From Phallusia mammillata (taxonomy: Eukaryota): a DNA stretch of 64,000 nucleotides. The DNA lies in NCBI GenBank assembly GCA_965637545.1, contig OZ281501.1, positions 4,526,001 through 4,590,000 on the forward strand, in the 5' to 3' direction. A model generated the notes under the pieces. It worked only from the letters and a program-made list of their open reading frames with translations. It was not told the DNA's origin and did no database searches. Of the stretch, positions 11,868 through 23,800 are shown in pieces. Positions within the stretch are counted from its first letter, which is position 1. Each line of letters starts with the position of its first letter. The position numbers and the translations under genes were made by a program.

Positions 11868-14800
11868 GTAAGTAGATTTACTAATAATTTATGGCGGTGG
11901 CGCATCATTTTTGACGTGATAATAGGCATTGTTTCAGTTCAATCTTCATGGAAGCAATGTCGTTAGATTGTTTCTAAGACTTTCAGTTTTTACCTAAAAG
12001 TCTCATAGCCTACTTGTTTCCTTAATTTGCTCTGAGAGGAGTGCAGAAACAAAATGATAAGTTGTTTGGGTTGTGAGTTTTTTTGAAAAATAACCTTACC
12101 AAAATTTAAACACCTTAAACTAAGGACTATGGAAAAACTAGCCGTAAACCACGTGTCAGTAACAAATTCTATGTATAGTTAGTATACTACAATGTTATGA
12201 TGCGTTGACAAAAGTCAATCGGGTAAAAAACGATTAAGGGCAATAATAAACGTCATTTATTGTTTTATTGTTTCACCAAATGATGCAAACAGGCACTTTC
12301 AACTGTCAAAAAGGTTCATTAAGTTGATACAGGTGCATTATGATAAGAGTTAGCTATGAAATGATTATGAAAGCAATAGAATCAGTGTAGTGTTGCATTT
12401 CTTTTGGTTAGTTAGGTATCCGATTTAAAACCAATTATTTTAACAAAATGCCATAAGGTTGTGCATGTATCGCTAGATTTTTACTTTGCATGACAGAACA
12501 ACATAACGCTGAATCGTAAAGACGTAAATTTTGTTATAAAGCAGAGTATTGTATAAAGGTAATATACGTTCTCAAAGGCTATTATGGATTTGTGCACGTT
12601 GTCTTAAATGAAATGTGAGAATTAATTTTGGCAAACCTAAATACGAAATTGCAACCGGGCATGCAGTATCAGAGTATGACTTTGTCAGTTAAATTCGATT
12701 GAGATACTGCGGTTCGTTTTACCTCAGGTTTTTTACATTTAAAAAAATTAGGCTTTGTGTTTAGTTTAGGCTTTAGTCCAGAAAGTTTCAATGAAAGTTT
12801 GCTGTAATGGGCCAAAAGGTGTTCAAATATTATAAGGTTACGCTCATTACATGAAATCACTGATTTTGTCAAATTGCCAGTCTGTTGTTTTGCTAACAAC
12901 ATTGTGCGCATTTAATTTAAGTAGACCTATATTTCTGTATTTAAACTAATCGTTGAAGGTTCGCTTTCTGGTCGTAACCGCATGTTCAACTGAATGGAAT
13001 CTACCCGTAAAAAACGGTCTAAATATTATTTTAAATGCATCGTATCTTAATAATGCAAGCAAACTTGTTGACACATTATTACATCTCTTTATAACCTGCA
13101 GAAAAAACCTACACAAAAACAGGATAGTTTACATGCATCGTAGCTTTTGTTTTGTATAGGGACGGTTGGATAATTTATCACATTTTGATTGGTCAGTTGT
13201 CTATTACGAATTTGCATCATACAAGAAATTGGGCCAGTGTTATTTAACCGTTGACTACAGTCGTGGCACAGTTTGCACCGTAATTTGTTATTTATAAAAC
13301 TGACCAGATAATGTTACGTAACGGTTATAAATTTCCGAGGACTGACCAACCAATGTTTTTACAGCCCAAATGTACACGATTCTGGGCTAAATCTTAGTGT
13401 TTCCAGCACATATATAAATCAACTTTCGGCCCTGTTTTGGTCTGAAAGTTCTTTATTTAACCAACTCATCGTGTTAAGAGAAGTACGAAATAAACTACTA
13501 CATGTTCCGGTCAGTTTCTATGCAGTTCAATTGGCTAAATCTATAGCATGTGATCATACGCCGTGTCATAAGCTGGATTAGTTGATCCTAACTTAAGATC
13601 ATATGGGCATGAATCAACATGCGACGTGTACGTTAACAATCCGGTGGTGATTTGGCGACAGATAGTGGACGAATGTTGTTGTTCCTTTTGTTACCGGGCG
13701 CCACTAGTAAAGATAATGAGTATTTCACTACTGGGTCAGTAAGCTGTCTTAAGCCTCGCGGATTGTGATGTCACAAGGCTTGATGTGGTTAACATACGTC
13801 ACTAGATAAACAGTAGGCAAGTTCCGGGCCAGGTTCGAGTTTTGCTGTGAAAACAGTATTGTATTGGTTGGCTCGTGGGAAGGATAGCCGCTTTCTATAT
13901 TGTGACAACGCTTTAACGTTGCGAATATTTATTTTTTCACGGTCGGTCCAAGTTTACCACTATTTCTCAATGATGGAAAGCTTTTTTAAGAAATCGCTGG
14001 ATAAGAAATGGGCACGAGATTCGCAAATTCGAAATTCTTTTAAACTTTCCACAATGGTTATTGATATCTTAACTAAATACCTTTCTAAATTATTCTTGTT
14101 GTTTTCGGGTCAACGGAATATTGTTAACCAAAAAATTCAGGTCTATTACTCAAACACGTATAAATGTTAAATGCTGCCTTGTGACGTGGTTGCGTTTAAT
14201 TCTTTTTTCCTTTGTTTATCGTGCACTGCACTACGTGCATTACCCTGATGAAGGCGACCTGTATAGGACGTCGAAACGTTGGTATAAAAAATACAATCGC
14301 CAGAAGAGCTCTATAAATTTGATTTTATGCCTGGCAGCAACAGCTTATATGTACGTAGAAATGTTATCCATTTTTTATTTATACCCTAATTTGCTTTGTA
14401 TCGGATTTGCTTGCGTTGCAAAACAAACAAACCCTGCCGAACAAAACCATAACCTTTTCAATTGTTCAAATTTACACCACGTCGACGTTTTGCCTTATTT
14501 CGTATTCTAACGTCCAATCTGAGAGATGCCAGGGTTATCACGTAGCGAGGGGACTTCCCCTACGGATTGTACGTCATATTCCGTGATTCAGAGCTACTTC
14601 TATTGTACAATCGATTTGTCTTCGACGCCCCATAGGTTTTCATATACACAACACTATAGAACCGTATTCAACCGTGACGCATTCGTCTTAACAGTACGTT
14701 TTTTACACGTCACTGGTCAAATCGTTTCTAAGCGTTTAGCCACTATTAAATTTCGGCATTTCGTAATTTACGAAAATGGTTGCCTTATTTGCAGTGAGTG

Positions 14801-17800
14801 TGGGTATTAATATAGACAGGTTTTTGGAAACCGTTGTGTACATGGAACGGTATTAGCTTCGAAAAGTGTTCTATTCTTGGTTTTCCGTTTGTATACGCGC
14901 TAGACAGTATAACAACATGTTGTGTGTTGCCGCTGAGCTATTTACAAAACAATTTTGATCATGACGGCGTGCGTTATACTCCAGTGATAAATATGCCGTT
15001 TCCGCTGTTGCTGTTTTTGGCAAGGTGAGCGTTAAGAAGTATAAACTAAAATGGTTTGTTAGATTTTGTTTCACACTTCCGTAACACTTTAAAAAAGGTC
15101 ACAAATTCATCATCAACTCTATTTTGGTTCTGGCCTTATAAACAACACTTGATATAGACTGGTAAACTTTAAAAAACAGGTTACAGTTTTAGCTGAGCGC
15201 TTTGACCGTGGTTATGCTCTTCTGATTGACAGTTGCCATGTAAACACGTGGAAGTTACGTAATCGACAACATGTTTAATTATGGCGATGCAGGGGAAGGT
15301 TTTTCACGCATCTCGTGTGTTACTAGTGATCAATTTATGTATAGCGCCTGTGATATTTTTACATGTTGCTCTTATGTAGCGACTGTGATACTTTTACATG
15401 TTGCTCTTATGTGTTAAGTCACTGTTTTTCATTTTTTCCATGTCCTATATAAAACGTTTGTTAAATTCTCATGGCCAATCTATTTCATCAGTATAGCAAG
15501 GTTTCTTCATTTAGTTTAAAGGTTGTTATCACTAGTACAGGCATTGTTTAATGTGTGGCATTTATTTTATAATACACTCTGGTGATATGGTTATTGGGTA
15601 ATTTGCCCAAAGTAGGTAATTTTGCATTTTTAGGAGGTAATTACATTGTTACATTTTAGTTTTATGACTTCATCTTTCTACGACGTCATATAGTTGGTTA
15701 TTTTGATGTATTTGAAACGGGCTGAATAAAATTTTATCTGGTTAATCTCGGGGATATTAAAAGGTTCATATGAACCCGTGGTCAGGTGGGAAACATACGA
15801 TTGATCACAATACACCAGCGTGGTTAAGAAACAGGATATTATGCAAACAATTGGGTACGTTAATTCATACGACATGTGACATCATTAACGATGTGCTAAA
15901 TACGAATTGAGCTACTGCGTGTGGAATGGATAAATCGATTTAAATGAACTATATAGTTAACAGTGCTGAAGTGCTAGGAAATAAGAAAACACGTTTGTGA
16001 CTTTTTTCCTACCCAGGCAGTTTTTTTTTAGGATTGTGTTTTTTTAGGGCGCGTGGTCAGTGCTAAAATGTGTTTTTGGCATCAGTTGTAGTTAACTAAA
16101 ATAATCGTTTTCATAATTGCTTTACACCAGTGGTTCTCAACCGCCGGTCCGCGGACCGGTGCCGGTCCCCGTCAACTTTCCTGCCGGTCCGCCAAATATA
16201 TTACAATTTTACATATCGATTTAATTTTGTTTAATCTCAAAGAACCTCGTTTAACACATACGATATCAAACAGACAGCAGCAAACTTATTAATATGGAAT
16301 TTTTCATTCTTCTTTTGAACCGCATATTTTTGTCGTAATTGCATTTTGGGTTGATTTTGAAAGTCCACCGGTCCGCAAAATTTGTTTAGAAAGTTTACTG
16401 GTCCGCCAACTTAAAAGGTTGAGAACCACTGCTTTACACCCCCAGCGACTGTGTTTATTCCATTGTTTTAAAACAAATGCTCATTGTTTTGGGTAACAGA
16501 TTAAGCGACAAAGGAAAGAAACTAAATAGTTGGTGCATAACTGTTAGTAAGCCTTTTTTTGTGTACAATCGTTTGTTGGTTTGTTGAGTTGAGTTTCATT
16601 TTAGTAGTAACAAATACTAAGTTTGGTGTCAAAAATGTCAAACTTTGGGACGGTTCTCTATTTATGTTATGCAACCCGGAATTTGAGTGTTACTAAATTG
16701 TTTTTCTTGATTTGTTTCAAGAAGTAACGTTTAGAATTCCGCAAACGAAATAACACCACAAAGCCATAAGCGACTTGCTGTCCTTGAAGGTACTTTTACA
16801 TTAAGTGCTAAACCCGCTTAAACCTTCATACAGTTCCAAGTAATATTGTAAACAAGTCATTGTACACAAGTTACAGTTTAAGTTGAGTCATTTACTTTTT
16901 AAAGTCATCGATGATTGTTAACTTTTTGGATACTTTTTAAGGCACGACGCTTATCAAGCCTAAAGTACTGCGGAAAAGTAAGTTTAAATCAATGTTTACT
17001 ATTTGTGTTGGTTTTCAAATAAAGTTCAACTCGCAAAAAGGCTGTATCGATTGTAAGAAGTCATGTTATTTGAAAACCGGGATGTATTTTGTACCGAAAA
17101 TTTTTATTGTTTAGTGCAGGGCTACTCAAAATTCATTTCTAGCTTGATACACAGATTGACAGTCTTAGTTTGTATGACGTCATAATCTATATTGTGACGC
17201 TTGCGATATCTGCTTTTTCGCATTGTTTATACACAATAGGCATAAATAAGTCTGGCGCATATGGTTACTAGGCTGGTAATACTCTTTTAAGTTCTACAAA
17301 ATGTGTTTAGAACAGTTTGATTAAATGGGAATGATGTTTAAACAATAAATATACGCACGTATACCATTTATTGTGACTGACATAATAACCCATAATGTTT
17401 CGCGACCCCAAAATTATATTACGCGACCCCAATTGTGGTCGCGACCCACAGTTTGAGAAGCCCTGGTTTAGTGGGCCCCAACCATGTCTAGCTTGATTGC
17501 ACGTAATAGCAATACGTAACCTAGTTTTAAGTGCAAACAAAGCAAGATTGTTGTTTTTGGAACAAAATAGCAGACTGCATCAGATCCGAAGCCACGGAAA
17601 GACTAATAAATTTGTAATGACTATTTGTTTTATGCTTGCAGGCCAAACGCGGTTAACCGACAAACCAGAAATTAATTACTATGCTTGGTATAATAAATCC
17701 AATTCAAGTTGAAATGTTTTTGTTTCTAAAACTACCTTTTATTGGTGTCATTTATAAGTTATGTTAACTAAATAGGCATACTGACGCAAATTCCGAATAT

Positions 17801-20800
17801 ACATTTAGGCATGTGTATTCAAACTGTATTCTCATAATTTCTACCGTCAAATCACTTGGAATTGATTGATGGCCCAGCTTTCAAATTTTGTAATGGATCC
17901 ATAATTTTAATTGCTTAGTCTGGTGCAGTGTCGTTTTCTTGGCAGGAACAATGCCTTTTGCACTTTGCGCAATTGTTTCCTGTTAGAACTGCATCTTTTC
18001 ATTTTGTTTCAGTAACAGATGTATGGAATTTTTTACCAGTTTAGAGCTGTGTTTAAACCTAAAAGCGATGACCACAGGTACTGAAAGGTTATTGTTTTAG
18101 TTGTTAGAGACCTAATACATTCTATTGTTTATTATAATCTAAATGATACAAAAGACGAAGCACATTTAACGTATGTGGCTCTATTGTAAAGTGCGGTCAA
18201 GGCATATAGTGTCCAATGTCATTCTGTTGTCTATGTGATTTCAATTTCACGATTGATCCATTAGTTCGATTGCAACGCATAAAATGGAATTGCTTGATTG
18301 ATCTATGGTTGTCCTGACTGATTTTGCAAGCCCGTTCAATTTAACTAAAAGACATTAAGACACCCTATTTGTATGGGTTTGAATGAGAAAAAGAGTATAA
18401 ATATGCTGAACTAATTCAATTTTAACTTGAAAATCAGACAACCAAGATCGCATTTTTTTCCTATTTTAGGAGTAATTAAGAGTAACATAAGATATATACC
18501 TGCTCTATATTGTGAAAAATATCCCGAGTAGTGTTTGGCGATACAACAAAAAGCATTGTGTCAATCCCAAGCTATCATACGAGCGGCAGGTTGCAGTAGG
18601 TCTATAAGCAATTATCTTGAGAGACACGTCCCTTTCAGTCAATCACTGCACATTGAGGCAGCAATCAATGCAGTAAGAGCTTAGATGCGAGTGTAATGCT
18701 TGCAATCTGAAAGCCTGAGGCTAGAGCAAGCTATTAATAGGCCAGCCGCAACCATAACATGAGGTAACGCATTTCCACACGAAGCTTGTCCTAATCTTAC
18801 GGCCCCTATATAGGTCGGAAGTTATAAACCGGGTTTGATTGACTCGATTGGTAGATTGTGCACAACCGATTTGTTTAAGGTGATTCAATATCTAGGTTTT
18901 GCATTGAAAATGGTTAGGTTCCACATATTAGCTGTATTTGCCGCTGAGCACAAGTGCAGTATGTCAGATTAAGACGATTTGACCAAGTTTTTTGTTTAGG
19001 TCGTGCAGATTTGTACGTCAGATTTTTAGTGATTAAAAGTTAACGATACCAGTTTGCAAATAGAGCTTGTATCTTATACAAAAAATGCATACGTGTAAAC
19101 AATGCTATTGCCATCATCGGTAGCAAAGTTCGTAGACTTCATATATAGCCGATGAACTTTTATGTGAACTTTATAAAGGCGATTAAGCCATGCTAGAGCG
19201 CATGTTAAACTTTCGTACTCTATTTTTAAACGTATACAATCTGTTGAACGTTATTTTAGCCGAATATTTTTGTGATGTATGTTGCTTTTTTTGGAAAAGG
19301 TGATTTTATTAAGGCCTGTAGCAAATAGATTCTGCATTTCGCTGGTTTGTTTAAGTAAAGTATACACGTGAAGCAGCAATTACCTGTCACTGCTATAGTT
19401 GAGCGGGTTTGTAGAATTCAATTATTCACCGCTTCCTCTCTGCAAGCACCGACCATAAAAGCATGCACATAACATCCTCTAGATTTCTAGTTACCGTGCA
19501 GTTTGTGTATGTTCAGCTAGTGGCGGGGCGTAATGGCTATTGGCCCAACCTGCCAAATAGGGATTGTATGAAAAGTTAGTCATCAGGTAGTAAGGCGTAC
19601 TTGCTGAGATAAGCGTTACAGTTACTATTTCTTTAGATATCACCGTAGCGTAATTTTAAATGAAATTCGAACCTGTAATCGGCCGTCGCGTGAATGGGTC
19701 TTTGTTCATGTAGAATGTTAGACAACTATGTTTTTTTAAAAAAAGTATAGAGCTCTTCTGGCATTTGTATTTTTATATCGACGTTTCGACGTCCTATACC
19801 GGTCGCCTTCATCAGGGTAAATAACACTGAATGTGCGTAGTACAGTGCATGATAGAGAAAAGTACAACGCAACGAAAACATTGTGCGAATGATAAGGCCT
19901 CTAATCTTTGAGCAGGTGCCTGCAGAACGCTGAAAGCATCATCTCTGTTTTGATGCTATTTTTCGGCAGGATTAAATGTGGCAGGTCTTTCATTGTCGCT
20001 GTATCGTCATAATATATGTCTGGCATTTTTGACGAATTGTAGGTGCTGCTAAATATATCCGTATACCTTAATTTTTTGCGTGTGTCAATGATAAGCTTAA
20101 AAGCAAAAACAAGGGAGGTAATATGTTTCAGCATCTGTAACGTACCAAACATGTACATTTGAACACTAAACACGTCCTACCATTGTTAAGAAGTGGCCAA
20201 ACCTTAAACAAAGGTTTGCCTGAGTTTGTTTTTGTTCGTCCCATTTTCGGTGTAACCATTCGGTGTAAACTCTTGGGAACACATGTGCTATTGGTTGCTT
20301 TAATCAATGTCACCGTATCATGGGCAAAATCGAAAGATCGACGTTCCATAGATCTGTAACAAATTTTCGGACTGTGGTTGCCCAAGTGAGAACAACATAG
20401 GAACTACAGTCCATTTACGGCCTTGCTGCGTGATTTTTCAACAGCGATTAGCATGAGAGGTTTAGCTTTCATTTGGTGCCAAATTTTACTGATTTCGTGC
20501 GCTAGTCTTTTCCATCACATGTTTGGAAATGTTTATTTCCAGGTGAAAATCAGTTGACAGTGTTACAAAGAACAAAAATCTCGCTAAAAGGCATCTTCAG
20601 TGTCTTATTTCAAACAGAATCTTTTTAACACTGTCGACTGATTTTAACCTGGAAATAAACATTTCCCAACTTGTGATACACATATCCTGAAACGTGGTAA
20701 TCGTTGCAACAATGGCAACAGGGTATGATTCCCAGAATCAATTTACCAGGATTAATAACTAATCTTTTTTATTTAAGATTTTGGCTGAAAATACTGTTAG

Positions 20801-23800
20801 CAAACGCGCTAGGGCAGGAAGCCTTGCAATTGAAAGTTTAACTTTCCTTACTGCGATACTTTGAAACTGTAGCAGAGAAACCCTTAAAATTAAAAGCTTT
20901 TCGTTGAATTTGACTCCCTATCCGCTTTTGATGGTACTTTTTTACGTCTGCACATGCGTGACGTTGATCTTGACCCCGTTCAAGGTTCATTTAAGTCGAC
21001 AACTTTGCGTAGGTGGGATCGGGTGAAAGTTTTGTGTGGGTTTTGCCTACGATAAACAGTGTCGGTTTAGTCACGCTCAAAGAAGCAGAAATTGTAGATA
21101 TTTCACTAAGTTTGCTGTTATATAAGAGACATAAACTGTAAAAGGTAGATAAGCTGTTGATTATAGGTTCGTTCTGGTGGGCGAAACGTCAGCAAAAATA
21201 CAATGTCTTGAAAAAACAACTAGTATTCTGTTTAGCATTACACCAGTTGAATGACAATTTTTTAAAATAAGATGCTGCTGCCAGGCATGATATATAAACG
21301 AGTAATGCTCTTCCAGCAGTTTTATGATAAACAACCGACGTTTCGACGTCCCATACGAGACGCCTTCATCAGGATAATGGCATATTTTAAAACACAAAGT
21401 TCTTATAAAGCGACAAAGGCATTTGCAAAAAAACACAAAAATAGCAGAATAATTGAAAACGTGTCAATTTTGTCACTTATAACAAAGGCGATTGTTAAAA
21501 CGTCTGCAACAAAGTGTATTGATTATAATTATATACAAGCTCTTTAAAATTTAGGTTTTTTTCTAAGATTTTTAGAGTTTGACAGAAGATGTATACATTT
21601 TAAAAATATAGCATTTGGCAGCCTACCAATAACTTTTTGTTACAAATTAACGTTTACATTTTACCGTTTTTACTATTTATGTCGTAAGACTTATAATAAG
21701 CGTCCTAAACACAGAGCAATGCATTTTTCATTAGTGTTCGATTAATTGCATTATCAAACGCTTTACTTAATTGCAAATCAAAAGAATCGTTTACAAAAGT
21801 GGCTGCAAAACGTTAATTAGCACTTGTCTAATTGCCTTTTCGGTTTTTGGTTTGTTGCAGTGCGCAATTAATCACATCAGAGCCTGCTTCGGGCTAAGGT
21901 TGCTAAATGGTTTTTGAATTAAATTCGATATTTGGGTGATGATTCACTTTTTTCGCACAAACGTATACATGTGGTGTATATGAAGTCGTAGCACACAGTC
22001 TAACTTTTTCGTTTCTGTTACCCCTTGAACGCTTTCGAAGATACGTCGTAATATAGGAAACCATGATAGTATATGTCACGAAATTATCATGTTATGAGAA
22101 CTAATTTTGCCAGGGTGGCGCTTTTTTTTGCTCAAATGGGCTCCTTTTTAACATCGAGTCGCGGGTTGCGTTTTTTAGGCGGGTTGAATAAAGTGAAAAA
22201 CCATGACGTAAAAACTCAATGATGCTTTTCTGGCAAATATTTTCTTTGTATGGGCGTTATAGTGTCCTATTTAGTTTTCAACGTCCTATCTTATACCTTT
22301 GTATCGAAAACAGTTTATATTGAAAAACTACATTTAAGTTGCGTCTTTTGGGCCAGTTTTAACGAGCAGATTTGCGCGTTTTGAGAATTTGACCTGCCAT
22401 CTACATGTGTTGTAGCACCTAACGTGTATGTAGGTTTGCAAATTCAACGGTATATATCTCTTCTTACACCAGTGTTTAGGTTAGGGGTGGAGTTTCGTTT
22501 TAACACGAACTTTTGCCTTAGTCATTAAGCCCAACTTCGTGGTGTAACGGCACGAACTTCGTTTCATGAATGACAGCCATCATAAACAATGTGTGACTAT
22601 GGTTCTGTTTAAATAGGCTTCCGTTTTTCAAACTTTTCAATTTGTCAGTCTGTTTTAAGGGGGTAATGAATGTCAGTTTTCGTTGTTTTCCAGCAGTATA
22701 GCATCGTTTAGTCTTGTTTATGTGTAAAGAAGAAAATATATAGTATCCAAGGATACTTATTTCAGAGCCTAGCAACGGTAATTATAGTCTAATTATATCT
22801 TGACAAACTTTGTGCTTTTTCACTGTATTGGTATGTATGGGCCTGAAAATGTATGTAGTATATATTTATCAAATTGGACTCCTAAATGGTCGTTTTTGTC
22901 CGAAAAACAGCCTTTAGTTATACAGTTGGACTTTACCTTTTATCGTTTGGACTTGTGCAAAACGTTTTTTCATTGATTCAGATTTTTGTTAGTGTGCTGA
23001 CCTACAGGCGTAAGAGTCAGTTTTCTGTGTATTTTACCGATAAATTGACATGATTTTGCTGCCGACCTTATATTCGTAATATGCCGAAACAGAGGCAAGT
23101 TGTCCGTCGTAAAAGATCTAAATCAAGCCGTGGACCAGAAAACGGTAAGTTTATCATTATACTGTATAATGTTTTTGTTCAAAAAGCCGCCTATTGTCTG
23201 TGATGTCACAATACAATGCAAACAGTATTGAGTGCTCAGAACATGTTTTGGTGTTTTTAGGCGTTTTTGTTGGTTTCTGACAATGTGTTGCAAACCATTG
23301 TTGCATTTTTGAGAGACATAATGCATTGTTTTCAAAGGGTTGGTACGCCACATTTGCTGCAAATGAACTGGATTTCCTATTGGTGTCTTGCTTTGGTTTA
23401 CACTGTATGCCTTTACGATGGAATCAAGTCTTTCTGGGTGTCTGTTATTTACTTGCCACTAAAAACATGATAAAATTCTGATCTAAAAACTCTAACCATC
23501 AATTGTATTTCGCAAAAACTACGACCGTGTCTTTTTCCATTTCGTCTATCGATTGCCTGATCTGTCAAAAGTGCATCAACATTATTGGTCATGACACTTT
23601 GTGGCTTAATGCAACCGTCCGGCTTATTGGTAGGCAATCAACTCGCTTATGACATTCCTAACGTCAACGTCAATCAATCACAAATGTCGTAAAGGTAGCA
23701 AACTGCGTTTACCAGCATCTATTTCAGAGAGAGAGGCGATTTTTGGCTCTTACTGTACACGCTTTTTGCGCCCTAAACTGAATAGAATTTCAATACAACT

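Noticed and set aside
14526-14568. MPGLSRSEGTSPTD exon with GTACGT donor as another PDE1 first exon
   Set aside because: Phase-1 splicing to 27503 creates T|AA, a stop codon.
21150-21215. GGGCGAAACGTCAGCAAAAATACAATG as a further family A hammerhead
   Set aside because: The 3' half resembles family A but there is no CUGANGA core; at most a decayed fragment.
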